From Thermoplasmata archaeon (GTDB lineage Archaea; Thermoplasmatota; Thermoplasmata; Lutacidiplasmatales; UBA184): a stretch of 64,000 nucleotides of DNA. Under the pieces are notes generated by a model. The model was not told where the DNA came from and searched no databases. It saw only the letters and a list, made by a program, of their open reading frames with translations. The stretch lies in the NCBI GenBank assembly GCA_036404475.1, contig DASWZL010000107.1, positions 77,001-141,000 of the forward strand. The letters run 5' to 3'. Positions 48,228 to 57,668 of this stretch are shown here, in pieces. Position 1 is the first letter of the stretch. Every line of letters starts with the position of its first letter. A program made the position numbers and the translations under genes.

Positions 48228-48680
48228 CTACTTCCGAACGACGAACTGGACCTCGGTCCTCGACCAGGCGCGCTTGTCCTTCCAGGGGTTTCCCTCGTAG
48301 ACCTCGCGGTACGAAACGACCGAGCGGATCTCCTTCTCCTTGCGGCGCCAGCGCAGCCAGTCGGAGAGCCCATGGTAGACGACCCGAGGCGAAACGACGT
48401 CCGGGTCGAAGCGCACGCTCGCCACGGTGCCGGCCGGGAGCGTCCGGACCTTGACCCGACCCTCCGAGCGTGCCTTTCCCCGAACCTCGATGGCAGTGTC
48501 CCAAACGCGGGAGCCCGGTTCCCGGAAGATCCAACGACCGGTCCGTAGGCCCCGAGCCCGCGCCCACTTCTCGACCTCTTCGAACCGCTTTTGGATCTGG
48601 CGCTCGTTGTACGGTCCGGTCCATCGGATCGCAGCGACGTGAAGGCTCGGCGTCTTCTTCAGCACGAAGTCTACGGTCAT
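48228..48680 (-). CDS. GyrI-like small-molecule-binding domain protein
   Basis: VAAIRWTGPY, LPAGTVAS, YREVY, TEVQF. Confidence 0.8.
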   Translation of the reverse strand: MTVDFVLKKTPSLHVAAIRWTGPYNERQIQKRFEEVEKWARARGLRTGRWIFREPGSRVWDTAIEVRGKARSEGRVKVRTLPAGTVASVRFDPDVVSPRVVYHGLSDWLRWRRKEKEIRSVVSYREVYEGNPWKDKRAWSRTEVQFVVRK

Positions 48681-48780
48681 CGTTCGGCTCCCGGAACTCC
48701 CAGAAGGCTCCCACCAGATAACGCCGCCGGGGTGGTGAGGATCCCGTCGACCGAGTCGGCGAGCGAGGGACCGGTCTCGG

Positions 48781-49767
48781 TCACGCCGTCGCGCGCGAGG
48801 GGATTTCGCGCGGAAGCTCCGGCGGTGGGTCGGACGCGGGGGTCGGTCGCGGGAAGTCGGTGATGTAGCCGCCGTAGTACGGGAGCCGGGTCGTGATCAC
48901 TCGCCGGAACGCGTCTCGCAGGGCCGCGTCGTCCAACCCCCGGGTCGGGATCCGGTCGTCCTTTCGATTGAGGCATCCCTTGAGCTCTCCCTGGTGCGTC
49001 ACCCGGATCCGGTGGCAGTGGGAGCAGAAGTCGGGATTGAACACGGGGTCGACGACCTCCACCTCCGCCCCGTGGACGATGTACACGCGTCGGTGGTGCA
49101 TCTCCCGAACGAGTACGCGCGAAGAGTGCTCCTCGAGCCAACGCTGGACGCCCTGCATGTCGACCATCCACTCCCGGTGGTGGACCAGCTCGGGCATGAA
49201 CTGGATCAGTTGCAGCTTCAACCCATCGGTGGAGCCCGCAAAGTCGATCATGCGGGGGATGTTCGCGAGAGTCCGACGGAACACCACCATGTTGAGCTTG
49301 ACCGGCTTCAGGCCGACCCGCAGCGCTTCGCGGATGCCCCGCAGCACCGGTGCGAGAGCGCCCTTGCGGATCGAGCGGAACTCCTCGGGGTCGGTCGTGT
49401 CGACCGAGACGTTCACTCGCTTCAGCCCGGCGTCCCGGAGCGCCTCGGCGCGAGCCTCCAGCATCGAACCGTTGGTCGTGAGCGACACGTCGGGGATCTG
49501 GCGGACCGTCCGGTCGATGATCTCTTCGAGGTCGTTTCGGACGAGAGGTTCCCCGCCCGTGAACTTGACGGAGCGGATCCCGAGCTCCCGAGCGACGATG
49601 ACCAGTCGCTCGACCTCGGCGGGGGTCATCTCCTCGCCATGCGCCGCCCGGGGTCGAGCGACCGGACCCAGGCCCTCGTCGTGGCAATAGACGCAGCCGA
49701 AGTTGCACCGTTTGGTCACGCTGATCCGTATGTCGGTAACCTCGCGGCCGAACGAGTCCGAGAGCAT
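48781..49767 (-). CDS. moaA: GTP 3',8-cyclase (radical SAM)
   Basis: CNFGCVYC, FTGGEP, TTNG, VKLNMV, FCSHCHRIRVT..GELKGC. Confidence 0.95.
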   Translation of the reverse strand: MLSDSFGREVTDIRISVTKRCNFGCVYCHDEGLGPVARPRAAHGEEMTPAEVERLVIVARELGIRSVKFTGGEPLVRNDLEEIIDRTVRQIPDVSLTTNGSMLEARAEALRDAGLKRVNVSVDTTDPEEFRSIRKGALAPVLRGIREALRVGLKPVKLNMVVFRRTLANIPRMIDFAGSTDGLKLQLIQFMPELVHHREWMVDMQGVQRWLEEHSSRVLVREMHHRRVYIVHGAEVEVVDPVFNPDFCSHCHRIRVTHQGELKGCLNRKDDRIPTRGLDDAALRDAFRRVITTRLPYYGGYITDFPRPTPASDPPPELPREIPSRATA

Positions 49768-49972
49768 CGTCCTCCCTCCAACCACCCCACCCTTTATAGA
49801 CCGTGGAGGGCGGGAGGGGACTCACCGGCCTAGGCACGGCCAAGGGTGGCCCCGAGATGGGAATGCCCTCGCGCCTCGGGCCCTTACCTGCTCCGTCGAC
49901 CCGGCAGCATCGGCTCGGGGCCGGCCGGCGGGGACGGCATAGGCTGAAGGGGGAGTGGGATTCCCATCGCCC

Positions 49973-50227
49973 TCACTCCGAGAGGAGCTGCTCGAGGCGC
50001 TGGTAGAGCTCCTCGAGCTCCTTCTCCTTCTTCCGTCCGCCTTCCCAGCGAGCGTTGACGACCTGAACGAGCAGGTCGGCCACCTTGTCCATCCAGGGAC
50101 CTTCCTGGGCATCGAACCGCTTCTTCACTTTCTCACGGAGCAGCTCGTTGTAGGCTCGGTAGGCCGACCAGACCCACGGTCCAAAGTTCGCTCCGCTCGG
50201 CGCACCATCGTCCTCGGTTTCTCTCAT
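49973..50227 (-). CDS. Small helical hypothetical protein
   Basis: Amphipathic helices ELLREKVKKR..MDKVADLLV. Confidence 0.65.
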   Translation of the reverse strand: MRETEDDGAPSGANFGPWVWSAYRAYNELLREKVKKRFDAQEGPWMDKVADLLVQVVNARWEGGRKKEKELEELYQRLEQLLSE

Positions 50228-50345
50228 CTCAGTACCTGGGGACTTTCGTTCCCGCCTCCGCACCTTGGGGGGGAGGATATTGACCGGGTCGTCCTCTGAC
50301 CGGTCACGTCGGCGGGACCGCGCGCGCTCGCCGTGAGGGAGAGTT

Positions 50346-50363
50346 GGTAACGGGCGCGTTACC
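50346..50363. promoter_or_regulatory. Palindromic putative operator upstream of wHTH gene
   Basis: GGTAACG-ggcg-CGTTACC next to TATA-like cattaag. Confidence 0.45.
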
Positions 50364-50399
50364 GACGCATTAAGTGCGTCTCTCCTCGTTCAAGGCCGG

Positions 50400-51017
50400 A
50401 TGCCTTCGCTTCGGAATGAATCGTCATCGGGACCCTCGGGAGGGTTGGACGAGCGCGTCCTCTCGACCCTGCAGGGACTTCAGGGACGGATCGCCTTCAG
50501 CGGCCTCCGTCGGGCCCTCCACGCCCATCCCGAATCCCTCTCGCGCTCGCTTCGCCGCCTCGAGCGGGAAGGGCGGGTCGAACGCTCGGGCGGCGGGTAC
50601 CGCGCGCTCGGAGAGGTCCCGAGAGGAGTTCCCCGAGCCTCGACCGAGCTCCGGCCGATCGCGCAGGTCGACCTCCCCCCGGGCGCCCCTCCCGACTCGG
50701 TCCTCGGCCGCCTCTCGGGCCGGTGGTTCGGCTCCTTGCGATGGGTCGGGGTCGTGGACGGTCCGTCGGGCCGGCTCCTCGCCTGGGCGCGAAGGGACGG
50801 GGTGGGCTACGTCCTGCTGGGGATCCACCAGGGCGTTCTCCGGGTCTACGTGCGCGGGGAGAGCTCCGGGGACGATGTCAACGAGGCCGAGGACTCCGCG
50901 TACGAGCTGCTGGTCCATGCGGTCAACGCCGTGCGCCCCTCCGCCCACGACGTCGTGGGGTCGGTCAGCTTCTTCGCCGCCGAGGAGGCTTCGGTGGTTC
51001 CCTCGCTCGAGAACTGA
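50400..51017 (+). CDS. Winged-helix DNA-binding protein with C-terminal alpha/beta domain
   Basis: FSGLRRALHAHPESLSRSLRRLEREGRVER..GY. Confidence 0.75.
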   Translation: MPSLRNESSSGPSGGLDERVLSTLQGLQGRIAFSGLRRALHAHPESLSRSLRRLEREGRVERSGGGYRALGEVPRGVPRASTELRPIAQVDLPPGAPPDSVLGRLSGRWFGSLRWVGVVDGPSGRLLAWARRDGVGYVLLGIHQGVLRVYVRGESSGDDVNEAEDSAYELLVHAVNAVRPSAHDVVGSVSFFAAEEASVVPSLEN

Positions 51018-51077
51018 CCGCCCCCGATTAGGGGCGGTCCCCGACCACCCGTTCGGAGCCCCGCGGGTTAATGAGCG

Positions 51078-51923
51078 GTGGCCCGCATCTCGTTCGGGTC
51101 GATGGTCTCGCTTCCTTCGGGGACACCGCTTCCGAGCCCCGCACCGGCGAACGCCTCGGCGTCCCTCGAGGTCATCCGGGTCTCCAAGTCGTTCGGGTTC
51201 GTCGACGCGCTCCATTCCGTCAGCTTCTCGGTGCCGGCCGGTCAGATCGTCGGGCTGCTCGGGCCGAACGGAGCGGGGAAATCCACGACCATGAAAGCGG
51301 TCCTTGGGCTCATCCGGCCCGATTCGGGAGAGATCCGCCTCTTCGGACGGAACGTCGCCGAGGACCCCGTCGGGACCAAACGCCAGGTCGGGTACGTTCC
51401 AGAGTCTCCCGCGCTCTACGAGTTCCTCACCGGGGCCGAGTACCTCGATTTCGTAGCGGACATGTACGGCCTTGACCCGTCGACCCGGCGGGACCGGATC
51501 CAGCAGTTCCTGACGGGGCTCGAGCTCACGGGCCACGAGAACTCTCTCATCAGCGGCTACTCCCAGGGGATGAAGCAGAAGGTCGCGCTCATCGCGGCGC
51601 TCGCCCATCGCCCCCGGCTCCTCGTCCTGGACGAACCGCTCAACGGCCTGGACCCGCGGTCCGCCCGAGTGACCAAGGACCTACTCCGGAACCTGGCGAC
51701 CCACGAGGGCGTCGCGGTCCTCTTCAGTACCCACGTGCTCGAAATCGCCCAGGCGATCTGCGACCGCGTCGTGATCCTGCATCGCGGACGCGTCCTGGCG
51801 TCGGGCACGGTCGCCGCCCTCCGGGACCGCACGGGGCTCGCGGGGCGGGGCCTCGAGGAGGTCTTTCTCGCGCTGACCGGCACGGGCGACCTTCGCGATG
51901 TGGTCGACGCGCTGAGCCGGTAG
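51078..51923 (+). CDS. ABC exporter ATP-binding protein
   Basis: GPNGAGKST, YSQGMKQK, LVLDEP, STH. Confidence 0.93.
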   Translation: MARISFGSMVSLPSGTPLPSPAPANASASLEVIRVSKSFGFVDALHSVSFSVPAGQIVGLLGPNGAGKSTTMKAVLGLIRPDSGEIRLFGRNVAEDPVGTKRQVGYVPESPALYEFLTGAEYLDFVADMYGLDPSTRRDRIQQFLTGLELTGHENSLISGYSQGMKQKVALIAALAHRPRLLVLDEPLNGLDPRSARVTKDLLRNLATHEGVAVLFSTHVLEIAQAICDRVVILHRGRVLASGTVAALRDRTGLAGRGLEEVFLALTGTGDLRDVVDALSR

Positions 51924-51930
51924 GAGGACG

Positions 51931-53529
51931 ATGGACGTCCACCGCGTTCGACGCCTGGCGGTGACCCTCATCGCCTCGCAGCTCCGGTCGGGACGGAGCT
52001 CGTCCGACCCCAGGAGCCTCCTCGGCCAACCCCAGCTCATTGCCGCCGTGGACGTCGTCCTGTTCCTCGCGGTCTTCGGGCTCACGTTCGGAGCCGTGCG
52101 CGCGAGTTCGCTCGGGAGCCAGCAGGTCGCGACGCTCGCGAACGCGCTCCTCCCGTTCCTCCCCCTCGTCGCGGTGGGAGTGGTCCTCGTGGCCGGGGTC
52201 ATGTTCGAGCTGACGACCACGACGAAGTTCGCGGGGAGCGATGCCGCGAACTGGTTGCCGCTCACTCCCGCGGAGTACGTGACCGCGTCGGCCGCGGCGA
52301 TCGCGTACACCTACTCGCCGGCCGTCGCGCTCGCCCTCGGCGGTCTGCTCCCGTTCGCGCTCTACGGGGGAACCCTGGTCGCCTATCTCATGACCGTCGT
52401 GCTAACGATCGTCGCCCTCTTCGAGGGGGCGGTCCTCGTCGAGATGGTCCGCTCCGCCACCCAACGGGCGAGCGCGGTCGGCGCCGGTCGTCGGGGCCAG
52501 GTGACCCTCGTCCTTCGGGCGGTCGTCCTCGTCGTCGTCATCCTCGCGCTCCAGCTCGCGTTCAACCCCGTGTTCCTTCTGGGGCTCGCACAACGACTCT
52601 CGGCGGTCGCCCTGGTCACCTCCGTGATCCCGTTCTTCTGGTCGACCGAGGCGTTGACCCAGTGGGTCGGAGGAAACCCCGGCATCGGCGTCGCGTTCGC
52701 CGTAGGACAGGTCGCCTTCGTGGGGGTGCTGGTCTACCTCGCGGGCGAACTCCGCGTCCGCTACTGGGTGCCCTCGGCGACCGAGGTCCGCCTCGAGGAA
52801 CATCGGTACGCCGCCCGGAATCCGCTCCTGGCCCTCTTCGGCCTCAGCGCCGCGGAGTCCGCGCTGGTCTCGAAGGACTTGAAGGGCCTTGTCCGGCGTC
52901 GCGAGATGCTCCCCACGCTGGTCGTTCCCATCGTCCTCGTGGTCCTGGTCCTGGTGGAAGGGACCGCCTTCGGAGGGTTCGTCTCGGTGCTGTGGGTGGG
53001 GTGGGTCGCCGGCTTCTTCTCGTTGCTCATCGCCGGCACGTCGGTCGGGCAGGAACGACGGGCGCTCCAGTCGCTGTTCGCGTATCCGCTCTCGGCGGGG
53101 AGCCTCGTGCGCGCGAAGGCCACGTTCGTTCTCGTGCCGTCCCTGGTCGTGGCCGTGGCGCTCGGGCTGGTGGTCGGCGTCTACTTCGGGCTTCCGGCGA
53201 GCGTCGTCCTCGGCGTCCTGCTCCTCGTCGCCGCTGCCTCGGTCGTTCTCACGTTCTGGGGGCTCGTGTTCGCCTCGCGGTTCTCCGACTTCCAGGAACG
53301 ACCGCGCCCCCAGTTCCTGCGTCCGGGCGGAATGCTCGCCGCGACCGGCTCGGGCATGGTGCTCCTGTTCGCGATCCTGATCCCGGGGACGTTCGCCCTC
53401 CTCTCCCCCTCATCGGCGTCCGTTTCCCTCGGGCTGGTCTGCGCCGCGCTGGCCGTAGGGGTGGGGGGCCTCGCCGTCCTTTGGACCGTCTCGGGCTTCC
53501 GCCGGCTCCTTCGCGAGCTGCCGTTCTGA
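51931..53529 (+). CDS. ABC-2-type exporter permease
   Basis: About 14 TM; follows ATPase after AGGAGG. Confidence 0.85.
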   Translation: MDVHRVRRLAVTLIASQLRSGRSSSDPRSLLGQPQLIAAVDVVLFLAVFGLTFGAVRASSLGSQQVATLANALLPFLPLVAVGVVLVAGVMFELTTTTKFAGSDAANWLPLTPAEYVTASAAAIAYTYSPAVALALGGLLPFALYGGTLVAYLMTVVLTIVALFEGAVLVEMVRSATQRASAVGAGRRGQVTLVLRAVVLVVVILALQLAFNPVFLLGLAQRLSAVALVTSVIPFFWSTEALTQWVGGNPGIGVAFAVGQVAFVGVLVYLAGELRVRYWVPSATEVRLEEHRYAARNPLLALFGLSAAESALVSKDLKGLVRRREMLPTLVVPIVLVVLVLVEGTAFGGFVSVLWVGWVAGFFSLLIAGTSVGQERRALQSLFAYPLSAGSLVRAKATFVLVPSLVVAVALGLVVGVYFGLPASVVLGVLLLVAAASVVLTFWGLVFASRFSDFQERPRPQFLRPGGMLAATGSGMVLLFAILIPGTFALLSPSSASVSLGLVCAALAVGVGGLAVLWTVSGFRRLLRELPF

Positions 53530-53544
53530 GGCCCCGCGCTGCGT

Positions 53545-54024
53545 CTAGAGCGGAGCTCCGCACGACGGGCATCTCCCGTCGACCTCGTTGCCCAGGGCTC
53601 CGCAGAACCGGCACCGGACCTTGACCACCTGCCGTTCGATCGTATGGATCGACCCCCATCCCAGCCCGGGGGGAGGCGGGAGCGCCCGCTTCGCTTGGGC
53701 GATCGTCACGGTCCACACCTCCGGTTCGAGGACGTCGAACGTAGGGCGTCCGTGGGAAAGCTCGAGCACGAGTCGCGGCCGACCGATGCGACCTCGGCGT
53801 ACCGCGACGTTCTTCAGCTCGTGAAGAGGAACATCGAGCTGGGTCTCCGTCTCCGCCAGCGCCCGTCTCCCGATCCGGCTTCGCGCTACGGAGGCTTCGA
53901 AGACGATCCGGAGGGTCGTCACGTAGAGGACCCCGGGACCCTTCGGTGGGCCGTCGGACCCGTCCCCGCGGCTGGCGACCGCGTAGGCGCTGCGGAGCAG
54001 GTTCTCCCCGTGACCCAGGAGCAT
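53545..54024 (-). CDS. GRAM/PH-like domain protein with C-terminal zinc ribbon
   Basis: GVLYVTTLRIVF, C-terminal W-containing helix, CRFC..CPSCGAPL. Confidence 0.7.
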   Translation of the reverse strand: MLLGHGENLLRSAYAVASRGDGSDGPPKGPGVLYVTTLRIVFEASVARSRIGRRALAETETQLDVPLHELKNVAVRRGRIGRPRLVLELSHGRPTFDVLEPEVWTVTIAQAKRALPPPPGLGWGSIHTIERQVVKVRCRFCGALGNEVDGRCPSCGAPL

Positions 54025-54048
54025 CGCCGGTGGGAAAGGGTCAGGAAT

Positions 54049-54852
54049 CTAATACCCTCGCCGCCCGACGGGCCGCCGCCCGCTCGCCCGCCGGAGCTCT
54101 TCTCGGAAGCTCTTCGGGGCCCGCTCGGTCGCAACCGTGATCGTCACGGGAGCGAGGCGGCGTGCCTCACGGCGAAGGAACCGCTCGGTACGAGCGCGGT
54201 CTTTCTTCCAGCACTCTCGGAGCCAGGTGCCCACCGCTCGCTGGACCCATCGTTCGGGGTCGTCCAGGAGACGGGCGAGGAGGACGAACGGTCGGTCGAG
54301 CTCGCCGGCCCGGACCCACGCTCGCAGCGCGTACGTCGAGGCCCTTCGACGCCAGAGGTTCCCGGACCGGGTCCAGTGGAGGAGCTCCGCGAACCGTTCG
54401 GGGCGTGCCGCGACCTGGGTCGCGAGAGGGCCCGCCGCCAGGCTGTCCGAGAGGGCCCAGCCGGTCGCGGCGTCCACCCACCGGACCCCGAGGCGCCACG
54501 CGGGCTCGTCGTGGACGAGGGGTGGACGGCCGAGAAGCTCGATGGCCATCTCCTTCTCCTCGAAGGACGCTCCCTCCCACAGCGAGCGGACGAGCGCTCG
54601 CACGTCCCCGCGCGACCTCGCCTCGAGACGACGGGCGACCGCCGTGACGACCCGTCGGAGGGCGGGGACGCTCACCCCGAGCACCGGCACCGGGGAGCCC
54701 AGGTAGGAGCGAAGAGACTCGATCCCGGAGGCCCCGGTCTCGGCCCGTAGCTCTCGGAGGATCCGACGTCGTTCCCCCTCGGCCCAGGGGGAGCGACGCG
54801 GGCGCCTCGCTACCACCCGACCGGGCTCGTGCGGTTCTGCTCGTCGAGCCAT
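54049..54852 (-). CDS. DNA alkylation repair protein (AlkD-like)
   Basis: LGVSVPALR, WALSD, WRRR, VQRAVGTWLRE. Confidence 0.82.
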   Translation of the reverse strand: MARRAEPHEPGRVVARRPRRSPWAEGERRRILRELRAETGASGIESLRSYLGSPVPVLGVSVPALRRVVTAVARRLEARSRGDVRALVRSLWEGASFEEKEMAIELLGRPPLVHDEPAWRLGVRWVDAATGWALSDSLAAGPLATQVAARPERFAELLHWTRSGNLWRRRASTYALRAWVRAGELDRPFVLLARLLDDPERWVQRAVGTWLRECWKKDRARTERFLRREARRLAPVTITVATERAPKSFREELRRASGRRPVGRRGY

Positions 54853-56537
54853 TGCTGCAGCGGCGCGAAGTACTCGAGGAGCCCTCTCGAGTCCATCCGA
54901 CGGTCTCCCGTCAACGTCTCGAGGGCCTCGGGCCACTCGCGGCTCGTTCCCATCTCAAGGGTCGCCCCGAGCCGCCGACCCGCCTCCTTCGAGCCGTAGA
55001 TCGACGCCCGGTGGAGCGGTCCAGAGACGCCGGCCTCCTGGGCGAGCGCCCGGTGGAACTGGAACTGGAGGATGTGCGCGAGGAAGTAGCGCATATACGG
55101 GACATTCGCCGGGACGTGGAACTTGGCCCCCGGGTCGAACTCCTCGTCGCCGCGCGGACCCGGCGGGGCGACGCCCTGGTAGCGGCGACGCATCGCCCAC
55201 CACGTCGAGTTGTACTCCGAAGGGGGGATCTCCCCCGAGAAGACGTCCCATCGCCACTTGTCGACGACGAGACCGAAGGGGAGGAAGGCCACTTTCTCGA
55301 GCGCCCTCCGCAGGAGGAGCCCGATGTCCCCGCCCGGGCCGGTCGGCCGGTCGAGGAGGCCGATCTGGGCCAGGTACTCCGGGGTCACCGAGAGGGCGAT
55401 AGTGTCCCCGATCGCTTCGTGGAACCCGTCGTGGGCGCTGTCGCGGAACAGGAACGGCTGTCGGGCGTACGCCCGTTGGTAGTAGTTGTGGCCCAGCTCG
55501 TGGTGGACGGTCATCAGATCCTCGCCGGTGACCTCGATGCACATCTTGAGCCGAAGGTCGTCGACGCAATCGACGTCCCACGCGCTCGCGTGGCACACGA
55601 CCTCGCGGTCGCGCGGTCGGACGAACATCGACCGCTCCCAGAACGTCGCGGGGAGCGGGTCGAACCCGAGGGAGATGAAGAACCGCTCGGCCACCCGTAC
55701 CATGTCGGTCGGGGAGAGACCCCGCTGGACGAGGATGGGCGTCAGGTCCGGGTCCGGTGGGGTCGATGGGGGAGCGAGGAGCGGGAGCGTCCCCTCCCAC
55801 GATTGCGCCCACATGTTCCCGAGCAGGTGCATCGGGATCGGTCCCTGCGCCGGCACCCGGTCCTCACCGTAGTGCTCTCGCAGTCGTCGTCGGACGTAGG
55901 CGTGGAGGGCCCGATAGAGCGGTTCCACCTCCGACCACAGTCGGTCGACCTCTCGGGAGAACGCGGCGGGTTCCATGTCGTACTTGGAGCGCCACATCGC
56001 CCCCGTGTCCGCAAACCCGAGCTCGGCCGCGCCGCGGTTCGCGAGCTCCACGTACCGGACGAAGTCGGGGCGGATGGCCCGACCGACCCCATGCCATCCT
56101 TCCCAGATCTCCTGCAGGAGCGATGCGTCCCGGCTCTCGCTGAGGACCCGCGAGAGACCCTGAAGGTCGAGCGGCTCCGCCATGGCCCGCGGAGCGTAGC
56201 GGCCTTTCGCGTAGGTCCCCCGCATCGCCGTTACCCGGCGGGAAAGCTCCTCGGACTCGGTGGGGTCCGAGGGAGCGACCAACGGAAGCGTCAGCCGCAA
56301 CAGCTTGACCTTCCTCGCGTCAGTGGCCGAGAGGTCCGCCGTCGAGAAGCCCGTCGATTCCTTCGCGAGCTCGACGGTCGCTCCGATCAGACGGGAGTAC
56401 GCTCGAGCGGCGAGAAGCTCGCTATCGGGCGTGATGTAGGTGTCGTAGACCCAGTCCGCCTTCTGGGACTCCACGGTGAGGTCGAGGAGGCGGGTCTCCG
56501 CTCTCAGCAGGAACTCCCCCATCTCCGGCGCCGCCAT
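54810..56537 (-). CDS. M2-family peptidyl-dipeptidase (ACE-like)
   Basis: HLLGNMWAQSW, VCHASAWD, HHELGH, GFHEAIGD, FDPGAKFHVP, YMRYF. Confidence 0.93.
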   Translation of the reverse strand: MAAPEMGEFLLRAETRLLDLTVESQKADWVYDTYITPDSELLAARAYSRLIGATVELAKESTGFSTADLSATDARKVKLLRLTLPLVAPSDPTESEELSRRVTAMRGTYAKGRYAPRAMAEPLDLQGLSRVLSESRDASLLQEIWEGWHGVGRAIRPDFVRYVELANRGAAELGFADTGAMWRSKYDMEPAAFSREVDRLWSEVEPLYRALHAYVRRRLREHYGEDRVPAQGPIPMHLLGNMWAQSWEGTLPLLAPPSTPPDPDLTPILVQRGLSPTDMVRVAERFFISLGFDPLPATFWERSMFVRPRDREVVCHASAWDVDCVDDLRLKMCIEVTGEDLMTVHHELGHNYYQRAYARQPFLFRDSAHDGFHEAIGDTIALSVTPEYLAQIGLLDRPTGPGGDIGLLLRRALEKVAFLPFGLVVDKWRWDVFSGEIPPSEYNSTWWAMRRRYQGVAPPGPRGDEEFDPGAKFHVPANVPYMRYFLAHILQFQFHRALAQEAGVSGPLHRASIYGSKEAGRRLGATLEMGTSREWPEALETLTGDRRMDSRGLLEYFAPLQQWLDEQNRTSPVGW

Positions 56538-56729
56538 CGTCCTCCCTAACGCGACGGTGGGCTCAACGACCTCGCCTTTAAGAAGGGGTACCGAAAGCCG
56601 CCCTCGGACCATAATCGGTCCGCCCGATGTCCGCCACGCATTTACGTCAGGGCGACGGTCTAGACCCCTTCGTTTCCAGTCGAACTTTCAGCTTTATGTA
56701 CGACGTGCGTCTGACGCTTCTCTGCGGAC

Positions 56730-56882
56730 GTGTCCGACAACCCAGACGGCCGGGCCATTCTCGCCTCGCTGCCCGCGCATTTCGGACCGACGAGCAATGA
56801 CGTCGATGTTCCCCTTGCGGTCCTCCCCTGTCTGGCCCTCGGCACTGTTCTCGTCGCGCGCGAGGGGATCTGGGTCGCATGA
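56730..56882 (+). CDS. Putative 50-aa small protein (not in ORF track)
   Basis: GTG about 30 nt after ctttatgta; hydrophobic C-terminus; ATGA overlap with next ORF. Confidence 0.45.
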   Translation: MSDNPDGRAILASLPAHFGPTSNDVDVPLAVLPCLALGTVLVAREGIWVA

Positions 56883-57100
56883 GCGGCGCGATCCGTAAGA
56901 CGCCTCCGTCTCCGCCCGAACCGTCGGTCGAAATCACGTCGCGCCACGTCTTCCTCGGCCAGGGAGAGCCGCGAGGGTACGGGGTACGGCCCAAGCTCAC
57001 CCCGGAAGCGGCCGCGGCCTTCGCCACGTACGTCGACCCGGCGCGGGCTCGCGCGGCGATGGAAGGCCGTACGCTCGTCTACACCGTGCGCTGGGGCTAG
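56879..57100 (+). CDS. Small hypothetical protein
   Basis: 73 aa; translationally coupled to upstream small ORF. Confidence 0.55.
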   Translation: MSGAIRKTPPSPPEPSVEITSRHVFLGQGEPRGYGVRPKLTPEAAAAFATYVDPARARAAMEGRTLVYTVRWG

Positions 57101-57116
57101 GTAAGGCGTCGGCGGT

Positions 57117-57668
57117 TCAGCGCGCGTCGGTCCCCGGGTCCTCGTCCACGACCGCGAACGCGCGGACGGGGCGGTGCCGCTTCGCGTCGTCCCAGGCGTC
57201 CTCGACCGCACGCTTCGAGAGCGCATCGGCCACCGTGTTCTCCTCCCGGGGCACCCAGCGGAACTCGACCTTTCGGAAGGAACGGACGAGCTGGCCCAGC
57301 CGGTCGTGGTAGGCCTTCAGGTGCTCCGCCCGGACCTCGTACTCACCGTTCATCTGGCGGACCACGAGCTGGCTGTCCCCCTCGACGACGACCTCATCGG
57401 AGTAGCCGATCGAACGGAGTTGTTCGAGGGCTCGGATCGCGCCGACGTACTCGGCGACGTTGTTGGTAGAGTGTGGCGAGTACGGCCGTGTCGCGAGCCC
57501 GCACTCCTCGAACCGGAGCCCGGGACCCTCGATCACGAAACCCCATCCTGCGACGCCTCCGCCGCCCGGAGGCTGACACGACCCGTCAAAATGGACCCGC
57601 ACCGGGGTGGACGCGTCCGGTAGGGCGATCCCCCGGGGAAGGATGCGATCGTCGGCCACGGTCGTCAC
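57117..57668 (-). CDS. rnhA: Ribonuclease HI
   Basis: HFDGSC, TNNVAEY, GDSQLV, WVPREEN..ADALS; GTGA overlap with upstream gene. Confidence 0.9.
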   Translation of the reverse strand: MTTVADDRILPRGIALPDASTPVRVHFDGSCQPPGGGGVAGWGFVIEGPGLRFEECGLATRPYSPHSTNNVAEYVGAIRALEQLRSIGYSDEVVVEGDSQLVVRQMNGEYEVRAEHLKAYHDRLGQLVRSFRKVEFRWVPREENTVADALSKRAVEDAWDDAKRHRPVRAFAVVDEDPGTDAR

